Below the pieces are notes generated by a model that was not told where the DNA came from, searched no databases, and saw only the letters and a program-made list of their open reading frames with translations. A stretch of DNA of 63,978 nucleotides, filler included, from Fonticula-like sp. SCN 57-25 (lineage: Eukaryota), in assembly GCA_001724245.1 (NCBI GenBank). It is 8 parts of 8 records of this genome, joined end to end, with 100 filler letters (N's around TTAATTAATTAA, not from the genome) between each part and the next. Parts side by side here need not be neighbours in the genome. Positions count along the whole stretch, not along the records: positions 48,332 to 56,213 come from MEDX01000325.1; positions 56,314 to 63,978 come from MEDX01000346.1; 6 more parts are not named here. One strand, written 5' to 3'. This document shows positions 49,283-61,878 of this stretch, one piece after another (position 1 is the first letter of the stretch; every line of letters starts with the position of its first letter). A program made the position numbers and the translations under genes.

Positions 49283-52200
49283 ATGGGAGTTCCGGCGCTG
49301 TTCCGGTGGCTCACCAACAAGAACCGCCAGCTCACGTCCCAGGTGATTGAAGAGGTGCCGCGCGTTATCAACGGCGTCGAGATCCCGGTGGACAACACGC
49401 AGGAGAATCCCAACGGCATCGAGTATGACAATCTCTATCTCGACATGAACGGCATCATCCACCCGTGCTGCCATCCCGAAGACAAGGCACGCGAAAATAG
49501 GAACATTTTCATGCACATTAACTAACATTGACAATATTGACGTTTTATTTTGTTGCAGCCTGCCCCCGCGACCGAGGATGAAATGTACGTCGAGATCTTC
49601 AAGTACATTGACCGCATTTTCGGCATGGTCCGCCCCCGCAAGGTCCTCTTCATGGCCATCGGTGCGCCATCTTTCTCCGCATCCGCATCTCTTTTCCCTT
49701 TACTCAACACTTTTTTCTCCTCACAGATGGCGTCGCACCGCGCGCCAAGATGAACCAGCAGCGCTCCCGCCGCTTCCGCGCCGCGCAAGAAGCCACGCTC
49801 GTCAAGGAAGCCGAGGATGACATCCGCGCCCGGCTCATCGCCGAAGGCCGCGACGTCCCCGTCAAGGGCGAGGCGCACTTTGACTCGAACTGTATTACGC
49901 CAGGAACGCCTTTTATGGACAGGCTCGCCACGTGCCTGCACTACTACATGAACAAGAGACTCAGCGAGGATCCCGCATGGGCCAACGTGCGTTTTCAAAA
50001 GTTAATTTCTATATTGGTTTTTGTGTGTATTTTTGTGTATTTTTATGAGTGTTTATGTGTGTTTATTTTTGTTATTTACAACAAAATTGCGCCTTTTTCC
50101 TGTTTTATAAATTCCCGCGCACTTTCCCTTTCCTTTTCCCTTATGACATTCATGTAATATTTTCGTGTTTTTCTCCCTATTTGTTCCAATATTCTTGTGA
50201 CATTCCTGCATTTTCTTTGATATTTCCTTTGTTACATTCATGTTATATTCATATTATATTCATTTTATCCCTCTTTTCCCACTTTCCGCCCCTCACCCCC
50301 CTTATAGGTTAATGTAATTCTTTCCGACGCCACTGTCCCCGGCGAAGGCGAACACAAAATCATGGACTTTATCCGCCGCCAACGCGCCTCCCCCGGCTAC
50401 GACCCCAACACAAAGCACGTGATGTACGGCCTCGACGCTGATCTGATCATGCTCGCGATCGCCACGCACGAGGCACACTTTACTCTCCTTCGCGAAGACG
50501 TCTTTTTCAATGTCAACAAAGAAAGCAAGTGCGCAATTTGTGGTCAGATTGGTCACGTGATGGAGAGGTGTACTGGAGAGGCAAAGGTGAAAGAGGGGAT
50601 GTTTGATGAGAAGAGAAGTAAAGTGGAGGCGAGGAGGCCGTTTGTGTGGTTTTATGTGTACAAGTTGAGGGAGACATTGTTGAACGAACTTGTGGTACGA
50701 AAGAGAGTGGGAAAGAGTGAGGGTTTTTGAGGGTTTTAGAGGGTTGTAGAGGGTTTTTGAGGGTTTTTGGTGCATTTTAGTGCATTTTGATGCTTGTTAG
50801 AGTGTTGATGATTGTTGATACATGTTGTCATGTATTGATGATTGTTGATGATTGTTGACATGTGTTGATGTATGTTGATGATTGTTGATGCATGTTGATA
50901 CATGTTACAGTGTTGATACATGTTGTTGATGCATGTTAAGTGTTACAGTGTTGATACATGATATTGATACATGATATTGATACAGTGTTGATACATGATA
51001 TTGATACATGTTCTATTGATACATGTTCTATTGATACATGTTCTATTGATACATGTACTATTGTTAATACATGTATATTATTTACTTGTATTTTTCTCAT
51101 CTTTTCTTCATTTTTCTTCTCTTTTCTTCTCTTTTCTTCTCTTTTCCCTTCTTCTCACCCACTCTTCTCTTCCACAGGTCAAGTCCCTCCCCTTCCCAGT
51201 CGACCCCGAACGCTTCCTCGACGACTGGGTCTTCCTCTGCTTCTTCGTCGGCAACGACTTTCTCCCCCACATTCCCTCACTCGAAATCCGCGAAAACGCT
51301 GTGGACATGCTTGTGGAGATTTATAGGAACAAGTTGCCTGAATTGGGCGGGTATTTGACAGAAGGGGGGGAAGTGAATGTGGGGAGAGTGGAGAGGGTGA
51401 TGGTGGAGGTGGGGAGGTGTGAGGAGGGCATTTTTCAGAAGAGGAGGGCACTGGGTACGGCGAAAAGATGGGAAGGGAAGGGGGAAGTAGGGAAGAAGGG
51501 GGAAAAAGTGTCATTTTAGGGTGTTTAGGGTGAAATTGTGGTAATTTCATGTCACTTTTTATGGCATTTTAGTGTATTGTATTTGTTGTGTATTGTGTAT
51601 TGTAGAGTGTGTTGGTATGTGTAGTGTGGTAATGTGAATGTTTTTGTGTGGTTTTTTGTTGTTTATTAGACTGTTTTTGTGTGTTTTATAGTATCATTTT
51701 TAATGTCATTTTTGTTGTTGTTTTGACTGTTTTGGTGTCATTTGTGTCACATTTTATTCATTTTTACCTCTTTTTCTTTTCTTTTCTCACTCATTTCCCT
51801 TCACTCCTTTCATAGAGGAACGCCGCAATCGAAATGCTAGGCGTAATTCTGACCACAACAACAAGCGACAGCGCACCGACACTCCCGATGCAGTCAACAA
51901 GGCAGATGACGATGAAGTGCCAGACAATGTTCGTCTGTGGGAGAGTGGATATCGCGAAAGGTGCGAATTTGATTAAGTTATGTTGAATTATATGATGAAA
52001 AAGAGTGTTTTTATTGTATTATATTGTATTATATTGAGATATATTGTAATTTATGATGTTTATCTGTTGTTTTATGATTACTTTATGTTTTATGTATATG
52101 ATGTTTTATGATGAATAATGTTACTTTTATGATATTTTATGATGTTTTATTATGATTTCTATTATTTTATGTTTACTTTTTCTTCTTTTTCCATCTTTTT

Positions 52201-54849
52201 ACCCCTTTTCCCTATTTCTTATCTAATATTCCCTTAGATATTACATGTCCAAGTTTGGCTTTTCCGAATCGGACACTTTTGAAATCAAAAAAGTGGTCCG
52301 TTCATATGTCGAGGGCATTTCGTGGGTGTTAAAGTATTACTATCAAGATGTGCCGTCGTGGAAGTGGTACTTTCCTTATCACTATGCGCCATTTGCGGCG
52401 GATTTCGAGGTACTTTAATGAAAGAGAATAGGGGATTATGGGATGAAGTGATGTAATGTGTATTGTGGTATAAAGTAAAGTATTGTTATGTATTGTGATA
52501 TAAAGTAAAATATTGTTATGTATATTGTGATACATAAAGTATTGTTATGTATTGATGATATAAAGTAAAGTATTGTTATGTATATTATTATCATTGTAAA
52601 GTATTGTTATATATATTATTATATTATTTTACCCTCTTTCATACTTTTTTACTCAACTCTTTCCTTTCTCTTTTCTAGGGCATTTCTGACATGCCCCCCG
52701 TCGAATTCGACCGCGGCACTCCCTTCAAACCATTCGAACAACTCATGAGTGTCTTTCCCGCGTCTTCTGGAAGACATATTCCGAAAGAGTATAGAAAGTT
52801 GATGAGTGCAGAGGATTCGCCAATTTTGGATTTTTATCCGGTGGATTTCCAGAGTGATTTGAACGGGAAAAAGGTATGAGTAAATTTGTAGAGTGTTTAT
52901 AGAGTGTTTATGATGTTTTTTGATGTATTTTGATGTATTTTGATGTTTTATGGTTACTTTTATGGTCACATTTTACTTTTTTATGGTTCAAATTTGGTCA
53001 TTTTTCTCTCGTTTTTGTCCATTTTCATCCATTATTTGTCCATTTTCTCTCATTTTTCATCCATTTTTTGTCCATTTTTCTCTCTTTTTTCATCCATTTT
53101 TCTCACTTTTCACCCTCTTTTTCACTCCCCTCTTCCCCTTTACTCACTCTCCTCTCAGCATTCCTGGCAAGCAGTCGTTCTTCTCCCCTTCATCGACGAA
53201 GCCCGCCTCAAAGCCGCCCTCGCCCCTCTCACACACACACTCACCCCCGACGAGCGACGCATGAACGCACTCGGTGATGACGTCATCGGTGTGAGTCATT
53301 TAAATCCGCTCTTTTCCGACATTTGCGCTCTCTATTCAAGCAACAACGACGGAAAAGAGGGCGAAAATGAGGGAGAAAAACAAGAAAAAGAAGGAGAAGA
53401 GGACGAAAACGACGAAAAAGAAAAAGATTCATCACGTGACTCATCACGTGACACATCAAAGGTGAAACGCACAGTCATCAATCCAGAGCATAGTAATGGT
53501 CTGTTTGGTCTTATTTCGCCCGACAAAAAGGCCGTAATGCCTGGCCAAATTTACCCCTCGCCTATGCCCGATTTGGTCAGTGATATTGAGAGTAGTAATG
53601 CGATGACGGCGGTGTATGAAAGGCCGAGGTTTGAGGAGGGGTTTGTGTTCAAGTGTGCGAGATTGGAAGGCGCAAAGACGCCCAATCTGAGGGTATGCGA
53701 AGGGGGAGTGGGAGAAATATTATTGGAGTTAGTGTTGATTTTATTGGTTTTTTGTTGTTTTAGTGTTATTTTAGTGTTGTTTATGTGTTATTTTGATGTT
53801 ATTCAGTGTCATTTTTGAATGGGTACATTTTTGGTTTGATGTCATTTTAGTGCCATTTTGTGCCATTTTAGTGTTATTTTGTGTCTTTATAGTGCCATTT
53901 TAGGGTCATTTTAGTGACTTTTGTCCCGTTCTCCCTTTCTCCTTTTCTATTCCATTATCTTCCTTATTAATGCCCCTTTCAGCCCAATACTGGACACCGC
54001 CAGCAAGACATTGACAATCGCTGGAACCAACGCCGCCCACGTGGCCCCGACCGCTCCGACTCTGCCCCGCCGCGCTTTGACGACCGCCGCCGCGGCCACG
54101 ACGACGCCGACAGTGACGGCCGCCAATCAAAACGCGGCCGCGGCGACGACGGCCAATCATATGGCCGCGATCATGGGCCACGTGGTCAGAACTATGGTCC
54201 TCCTCAGGGCTATGCCCCTAGGTACGGCCCTCAAGCTGGCTATGGTCAAGGACAAGCATATGGAGCATATGGACAAGGACAAGGACAAGGGTATGGTCAA
54301 GGACCACATGGCCATGATTCACGCTATGGGCCACGTGACCATGGACCACGTGATCACGGACCACGTGACCAAGGTCAGCCTTCCTATGCGCCCCCTCAAG
54401 GCTATGGCCCTCCCCAAGGCTACGCCCCACCTCAAGGCTATGGCCCGCCACATGGCTATGCCCCTCAAGTAGGCTACGGCCCGCCACATGGCCACGCACC
54501 TCAACATGGCTATAACCAACCACGTGGCCATGATTCGTACCCTCCCCGTCCTCAATACCCGCCGTCATCCTCCCCCTATGGCCAGCCCGACTATTACCGC
54601 GGAAATCAGCCGCCGCCCCAGCAAGCCTACTATGCGCCTGCACCGCACGGCGCGGCGGACCCGTATAACAGGGCGGCGAGTGCGCGGCCTGCGCAGGGCG
54701 GGGCGTACACGCCGTATGGGCCGGCGCAGGGGCCGTCGTATGCTGCGGGTGGGCAGCAGCAGGGGTTTGCGCCGATAGGGAGGCCGTTGGGGGGTGGGCC
54801 GCAGGGGCCGCAGGGGCCGCAGCAGCCGCTGTACAGACCGTCGTATTAG
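49283..54849 (+). CDS. XRN2: 5'-3' exoribonuclease 2 (Xrn2/Rat1), 10 exons
   Basis: [55 protein letters not shown], zinc knuckle [26 protein letters not shown]. Introns: 49487-49558 (GC-AG), 49662-49726, 49987-50307, 50695-51177, 51455-51815, 51961-52237, 52410-52678, 52874-53158, 53693-53982. G/Y/P/Q-rich tail. Confidence 0.95.
50800..51075. repeat. Intronic TTGATACATG-based tandem repeats
   Basis: Many TTGATACATG units, including (ATTGATACATGTTCT) x3-4 near 51000-51056. Confidence 0.8.
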
Positions 54850-55201
54850 GATACGCGAAAAAAGAATATTTAAAATATAGTGTCAATTGTGAAGAAGAAA
54901 GTGTCACAAAAGAGGGTATTATGGATACAATATGGTATGCAGCAGCAGGAAGATGATGAATGGCCATACGGAGAAAAATGATGTCCTTTTGTGACATGTA
55001 GTATAGTATTGGTGCGTGGAATGGTGACATTAAAGTACAATAGACAGTGCTACAGTAGTAGTTCACAAAACATCATTTTTGCCCTTTACATTGTGATATA
55101 TATATCATATTAGAGTTACGACAAAGTGCCGAAAAGTGCCAAAAAGTGCCACGTCTGTTCAGTGTGTCACGATTTGTCTGTTTCCCGCGCAATCGGAGGC
55201 G

Positions 55202-55920
55202 ATGCGGTCGACACGCGCGCTTCTTGTGAAAGGAGCAGAGAGCTTTTTAAAGGGCAAGGCGCTGATAGAGCACCAGCCGAGGTTTTGCAAGGCGTCGCCC
55301 GAGGCACTTAATGATGTGCTGAGCGGGGACCTTTTGTTCTGTCCCGATTTTGCCGACGAAGCCGAGGCGGCCGGGATGATGCCCGAGATCGACCAGCGGC
55401 TACGCAAGTTCCGCTACGAGGACGTTCACGTGGACGGCGTCATTGACGGCTACAGAGAAGTGATATTTACGCGCGCTGCTTCGTACCCGTCTTTTGCGGC
55501 GGTGGAGGCGGGCACGGTCAAGGTGGTTCGGGAGCTGATGGCCGCGCCCGACATGGCCATCCTGCCGGCGCACGTGCTCGACCTCTCTGCAAAGGGGTCA
55601 ATAAGGCCGCATGTGGACGGAAAGCATCTTTCGGGCGTGTTTGTTGCGGGGCTGAGTTTGCTGAGCACGCGAATTGTGCGCTTTCGGCACACGCAAAACC
55701 CCAACGCGACAGTCGATTTGATCCTGCCGCCTCGATCTTTTTACATGCAGAGGTACGCTAATTGTTTGTCTTTTATTTGATACTGACGCAATGTGGCAGG
55801 AATGTGTTTAGGTTTGACTATACGCACGAGATTCTGCCGGGCGACACCGCGTTTGATGGTGGTGATCCAATGATCGCCGCAAGGCGAGTATCAGTCATGT
55901 TTAGAGATGCGCTCAATTAA
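55202..55920 (+). CDS. ALKBH7: AlkB homolog 7-like 2OG-Fe(II) dioxygenase (intron 55753-55799)
   Basis: HVDGVIDGYRE, HVLDLSAKGSIRPHVD, AGLSLLS, YTHEIL, RRVSVMFR. Confidence 0.88.
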
Positions 55921-55979
55921 ATGCTATGTACAAAGACACAATAATACATATTTCACGTATATGCCAGAAACACACTTGT

Positions 55980-56213
55980 TTAGACGTTGCGCTGCAGAGC
56001 TATGGCGGCCACGAGCGTCGTGAGCTGACGCATGATCTCGGCCGCCGTCTCATCGGACGACGCCTTCGGGTGGGCCTTGACCCACTGTGCCACTCCGGTA
56101 ATAAAAGCGGCCTAAAATATATTAGCAAAAAGATAAAAAGAAGCATAAACACGTACCTTTGCCTGCTCCACCTTGGCATCAGCGCTATTGTTGCGCATGC
56201 TCTGCACAATCAT
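55980..56213 (-). CDS. 3' end of an unidentified gene (partial, one intron)
   Basis: Spliced ..EQAK/AAFITGVAQWVKAHPKASSDETAAEIMRQL..RNV* with a GTACGT..CTAAT..TAG intron. Confidence 0.5.
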
Positions 56214-56425
56214 NNNNNNNNNNNNNNNNNNNNNNNNNNNNNNNNNNNNNNNNNNNNTTAATTAATTAANNNNNNNNNNNNNNNNNNNNNNNNNNNNNNN
56301 NNNNNNNNNNNNNTGTATTATGTCCTGTAATATATTGTACTTTCTCGCCGGTGCTTTACTGCGCTTCCTTAATGTCCACCCTGTTGATGTTTCCCGCCAT
56401 TACATCGAGATCACGTGACTCCGTG

Positions 56426-58479
56426 ATGTCGGCGGCGGTCTTTGAGCGGTTCCGGCGGCATGACTGGGCGCAGGATGTCAATTTCCTCATGGGCCTCGCC
56501 AACATTCAGCAGAAATGGGCGCCCGAAGGCCTTTCTCCCGCCCAGCTAAAGGAGCGCGTGCAGCAAGTCCAGGCGTTTTACTTTGACAAGTGCGCATGCC
56601 TTATCACATCATTGTTGTCTGACACCACTTTAATCAGGTACGTCGAGCGGCTTGATTATGCCGCCTTTCTCGCGGACGAAGCAAAGCGCCAAGAGGACCT
56701 TTTATTCGAGCGCTTTCTCTCGCACGACTTTGCGGGCGATGCGCGGTACCAGTCGCTGGTCGGCGATCTCGTGTCGAAGCTGCGCGATGGCGGGCAGCAC
56801 GCCGCCGACCAGATCGACAAGGAGATCACCCTCTTCAAGTGCACCTACTTTTCCGAGTGCGTCTCTTTTCTTTGGTGTTCATGGCCGCTCATTGTTATGA
56901 TATCGTTAGAAATGTGGCGCCGATCAATGTCGCATCGCTTCAGACCCGCGCCCTGGCCAACGCCGCCGCGTCGCCCGCCGCCACCGCCGACAAGCTGACA
57001 TGCCCCTTTGGCTTCAAGTCGTCCAACCGCGGCCCCTCAACCGGCCAATTCACTGCTCCCATTGGCCAGGTCCCCGCTGGCATGCCCGCACACGTGGCCA
57101 AAATGCTCGCCATGTCCTCGTCCACCCCGTCTGCACCGCCACCTCAGCCCTCTGACGCTCCCTTCCACCTCTCGCGCACCGCCTCTGGCATGCTCACAGT
57201 CGCCTTTCCTCCGCCGCCCGCCGCCTTTCTTGACTCCCCCCTGGCCACGTGTCGCTTTGGCAACGCTTTCCTGGACGAGTCCAAAACCGCGTCGGCAGCG
57301 CTGCTCGTCATCCCCGGCCCACCCCGCACCGACCCCGCCGACCTCGACCACCTCGAAACAGGTCTCAATCTTATCGGCCACGTGGGCACTTCATCCCTCC
57401 CCATTGTCACGTGCATTGACGGCCACGTGAGCGGCCTGGCCGCGTCCCTTTTCCTTTCCGGCGCCATCCGCATCGTGACGCCATTGGCCGCTGTCGTTCT
57501 TCCGCCGTCTCTGATTGGCTGCCTTGCCGCACTTTGCAATTTGCGCCGCGGCGTCGCAGTTTGCCTGGGCCTTTCTGGTCGGCCGCTCTTTGCAGCTGAC
57601 CTCGTGGCGAGTGGCCTGGCGACGCACTGTGTGGCGGCGGAGCGACTAAGGGAAGTGTGCAAGGCGGCGGCGGCGGCGGCGGGATGTCCTTTTCCGCACA
57701 CTGCTATGGGTATGATAGAGGTAATAATGACGTGTGTATATGCTAATAGGATGATGATGTAGCGATTGAAAAGACGGTTGATGATATGGCGCAGCAGGCG
57801 GGGCCGTCGCGGTTGCGTACATTCGCCAAAGAGATTGACGAGATATTTGGTGTACGTTCATGAGTATTACTTGCTCTATTGGGGATTGCTGGTAATTTAT
57901 GGGTGTCTGTTATGTCTATTGATTGTTCTATTGTGCATATTGTGCTATCATATTGCAGTTTGCAACATGTATTATAGTTTGTTTTGTCTCTTGTCCCTGT
58001 CCCTCATTCGACTCTTCTGCCCATTTTCTGCCTTTCCTCACTTTTCTCCTTAGGCCGATGACGTCACCTTTGCCTCGCTGACCGCCGCCCTTTCCGACCG
58101 CCCCGCGCCCTTCTTCGCCGACGCCCTCTACGCCATCACATCTGCCGGCCAACCCCGCGTCGACCAACTCATCCAGCACATCCACCGCATCCACGTGGAC
58201 AAAAATAACGCCCACGTGGTCGAGCGCGAACTTGCCAAACTTTCCGCTCCGCTTTGCGCGCGCTTTGACGAAAATTCTGTTTCTTCATTGGTGCATCAGC
58301 GCGCGCCGACGTCATCGATGGACGTTGCACTGCAAAAGTTTCGTCGTCCTTTGACTGCCGAGCAGGAGCTTCATATTGTGCGCGTGGCGGGCGAGGCGCC
58401 GTGCACGCCGCTGGAGCGCCCGCTGTACCCGTACTATGCGCTGGCGGGCGTCGACTTTGTCGCGGATGTAAGATGGTAG
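56426..58479 (+). CDS. Tandem DUF5572/PEX39-like repeats fused to a degenerate crotonase (HIBCH-like) domain (introns 56590-56637, 56857-56909, 57710-57762, 57852-58053)
   Basis: Repeats FERFRRHDWAQDVNF..FYF and FERFLSHDFAGDARY..TYF; crotonase PIVTCIDGHVSG..RIVT..LGLSGRPL.AADLVASGLATH. Confidence 0.7.
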
Positions 58480-58806
58480 AGCAGCGAACAAAGTAAAAGT
58501 AATGTTATAATATGTGTATTGATTCATTGACGTGCGCGCCAATGGTGCGGCACAACAAGGTAAATAAACAAACCCAAAGTTGGCAATAGTGTATATCGAG
58601 AAAACCCAAAGTAATAAAAAGCCAAATAATAAAGAGCCAAACAGAGAGCAAGAGAAGCAAAGACACTCGTAAACCGGCATTTTTCTGTCTATCGAGACGC
58701 GCTAAGAAACAATACAACTGTGTGTGGGCACGGCACACGATTTAATTCCACACGCCCTCCTCTTCCAGAGCACTCTTTTAAACAGCACACACTGCGATAT
58801 ATCTAC

Positions 58807-60011
58807 CTACGGAAAGTGTTTGTACTTGATGAGGATTGTCGTGAGCCTTCCGATCCTCGCCTGGATGTCGTCGACAATGATTGAGCTTGTCGCCTCGAGC
58901 GACGAGTGGTGCTTGTACACCTGGTTGAGCATCCTGAGCTCGTGCAGCACGTCGTTCAGCACGCGCGCCTTGTCGCTCTCGACCTTGACGGTGAGGCTCT
59001 TTGCGTCGAGCGCGCTGAGCGGGTACCGTAACCCGTCAAACACTGGCCGCTCGTCGCTGCTGCTGTTGCTGTCGGACGACTCGACGCGCTCCCACGGCGA
59101 CGGCGGCAGCATCGAGACCGGCGGCGTCGGCGGCGGGCGCACGCCGGGCATCTGCGCAACGGGGCGCGCAATACTGGAAGAGGGGCTGGAGGACGTCCAC
59201 GTCGGGGTAGACGTGGCGCGCGAGCGGTAGGCGTCGTGGACGGTCCACCAGTAGGCGCGCAGGTTGCGGCCTTCGCCCTCGCTGCCGCTGTCGCCAGAGC
59301 CGGGGCGGCCAACGCGCCACGGCTTGTCGGGGCCGATAAAGTGCACAGCCTTGATGTCGTTGCCAAAGTGGCGGAAGGCGGGCGAGTACGAGTAAAAGGC
59401 GCCGGGGACGACGTTGTAGAGGAAGGAAAGGCGGTTCCAGTTCTTAAAGTGCTGATTCAGGAGGCCCTGATCGCCGCCGTCAAAGCTGCCGTCGAGCTGC
59501 GCGCGGCGGAGGAGCGCGTCGTAGGTGGAGAGGTTGGGCGTGCACACAAAGAGGCCAGAGTTGAAGCAGTCGGGCCATCCGACATCGGGGGCGCCGGAAA
59601 GCTCGGGCTGATCAAAAAGATCATCGAGATTCTTGAGGGCGAGCATGTCGGCATCCATGAAAACGATCTTGTCGTACGTCGTCAGCGTCCAGACGCACAC
59701 CTTGGTGAAGGTCACGCCGAGATCGGGGCGGCCGAGGAGATGAAGACGCTCGGCATCATTGCTGTTCAGCAGCTCGACCTCGTGCGTCGTGTCAAAGGCG
59801 GCCTCAAGCTGGAAAAGGCAAAGAGGGTTAAACACACAGGAAAGAGCAAAAATGTACGCACCTCGGCACGCGCTTCGGCGCCCACGTTGGAAGTTACCAT
59901 GACAGAGATCTCGCGCGTGGCGCCGGTCATGCGCAGCGAATGCGCGAGGACGACAGCGCCCGTGGCATAAGAGTCCGACGCCACGAGTGTGACGTACGCT
60001 TGCCGGGACAT
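58807..60011 (-). CDS. GYG: Glycogenin (GT8), intron 59809-59861
   Basis: AYVTL...DSY, LLGRPDLGVTFTK, VFMDAD, APDVGWPDCFNSG, SFDGGDQGLLN, YSYSPAF (acceptor Tyr), VHFIG..KPW. Confidence 0.93.
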
Positions 60012-60954
60012 TGTGGCACAGCAAGCGAATAAATAAGTCCTTTGAAGCGGCAGAGGAACCGAAAGTGGGATTCAAAGCGGTCGGTAAGGGATCCGCAATG
60101 TCGTGGGCTGACTAATCTCTGCCCGACCAACTCTAAGGAATTCGAGGGGTAAGCCTCTGATGATCCAGCGGCGCGCGCGGCGTCAAAAGGAAAGACAAAA
60201 AATTTGCAAGCAAAAAGTCGCCAGGGAACGGCGAAAATGAGGTACAAGCAAGGCAGAGAAAGGAAAAGAGACCGCCACGGGACCTGGCGCTTAACTGGTT
60301 TTTTTTCCCTCCTGCCGTGGGAAGGGTTGTTTTACATGCAGATCAACCCTCGACTCAACCCTTCCGCCCCAACTTCCCGACACCATTCCGTACCGTTACT
60401 AGTGTCACCAGCTCTACGTCGTGCTCGGTGATGCCTCCTCGCTCTGCCTGCTGCTGCTGTGTCGCGCGCGGCTGCGGTGCCAGGTCCAAAAGGTAGCACC
60501 TGCCGTCGAGGCCCTCGGAGGAACAGGCCACGATGACGTTTGGTTTTAGGCACTTTACCATAAATGGTTAAAATGCCCTTTTTTGGGCGATTACGGAGCT
60601 GATAAGCGAATCCACCTTGGCAACGTGCGCAGCCCATTGGACAGCGGGCCTATTTGCCATAAACAGTTGGCCAAGATGAAGGCCGATTAGTCGGGATCAG
60701 CGTATACAAATCAGAAATAGACCAAATCAGGCAAAATCAGCGGGAAAATTGGGATCGACTGATTTTTGGTTGCTACTGCATGCGTGCGTGGGCACTTCGA
60801 TCGGCAGATAAGGGCAGGATAAGAGGGTCTATCCATACAGTCTAAATATTCAGTCTAAAATTGACTTGATATACAAAAATCAATAGAAATACAGCGCGAC
60901 AACATTATGACATTACACAAAAGTAGTATTGAACGAAAGAGAAAGGAGCTAATG

Positions 60955-61878
60955 TCATGAAAGTGCGTTGTCAGTCGCGCCGGAAAAGAGACGAAGGCAG
61001 AATTCATAGGTGCCGAAAATGACCGCGTTGGCAGGGACCGCGCGGCAGAGCGTGACGCCAAAGCCGCGGTACAGGCCGCGAACACCCTCACCGCGATAGA
61101 GGTGAGCGAGGCGCTTCATGTAGGACGGCTTGGAGGAGCCGACGGCCTCGGCCTGGATCTGGGACTTGACCACGTCGGCCGGGAACATGATGGCGTTGTA
61201 GGCAACGCCGCCAAGGGCGCCGGCGCCGAGCAGGGCCCAGGGGCTGAGCTTGTCCTTGTTGCCGTCGGGGCTCATGCGCTGGCAAATGAACTCGTAGCAG
61301 CCGAACCAGGCGGCGCCGCCAAAGGACTCGCGCATGAAGGTGGCGGCGTGGCCCTTGTACATGCCAGTGATACCGGCGGTGCGCACAGTGTGCAAAAAGC
61401 AATCGGCCGCGCCCTTAAACATGGCGCGGTTCATCTGCATCTTGCACTTGAGCAGCTCGACGGGCGTCAGCACGAGCGACACGACGCTGCCAGCCATAAA
61501 GCCGGCGGTCGAGAGCTGGGCAATGCTCAGGGGCTCGTCGCTGCCGTTCTTCATGAGCTTCTGGAGCTGGCCGTAGATGGTGAACAGGACGGCGTTCTCA
61601 ATGATGCTGCCGTAGAGCGGCGCAGTGAAGCCGCGGTAAAAGCCCATGGCGCCCTCACCGCGAAGCGTCTTGACAAAGCAGTCCCATGATCCAGAGTACT
61701 GCTGCTTGCCGACGGTCTGGCACTGAAGCAGCACCTTGACCGTGTCGAACGGGTACTCGACGATCTTGCCAGTGACACCAGCGGCGCATCCCGCGAGCAG
61801 ATCAGCGGCGCGCGCGTTCAGCACAAAGGTCGGGCTGGTGGTGGTCGGAAGAGCAACGCGAGGCTGCTCAGCGACCAT
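60955..61878 (-). CDS. Mitochondrial carrier, ornithine/basic amino acid transporter (ORT1/SLC25A15-like)
   Basis: Three PxDxxK repeats (YPFDTVK, TPVELLK, FPADVVK); KIVEYP, ENAVLF and RE..G.A.WF..YE typical of Ort1. The start is uncertain because the frame stays open upstream. Confidence 0.85.
   Translation of the reverse strand: MVAEQPRVALPTTTSPTFVLNARAADLLAGCAAGVTGKIVEYPFDTVKVLLQCQTVGKQQYSGSWDCFVKTLRGEGAMGFYRGFTAPLYGSIIENAVLFTIYGQLQKLMKNGSDEPLSIAQLSTAGFMAGSVVSLVLTPVELLKCKMQMNRAMFKGAADCFLHTVRTAGITGMYKGHAATFMRESFGGAAWFGCYEFICQRMSPDGNKDKLSPWALLGAGALGGVAYNAIMFPADVVKSQIQAEAVGSSKPSYMKRLAHLYRGEGVRGLYRGFGVTLCRAVPANAVIFGTYEFCLRLFSGATDNALS

Noticed and set aside
53983-54849. Repetitive GGCTATG-rich tract as a separate repeat element
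   Set aside because: It is the in-frame G/Y/P/Q low-complexity C-terminal exon of XRN2, a common feature of the family.
60355-60561. Small ORF upstream of glycogenin ending at a GTACGG donor-like site
   Set aside because: No recognisable homology, and I could not establish a supported splice into glycogenin.
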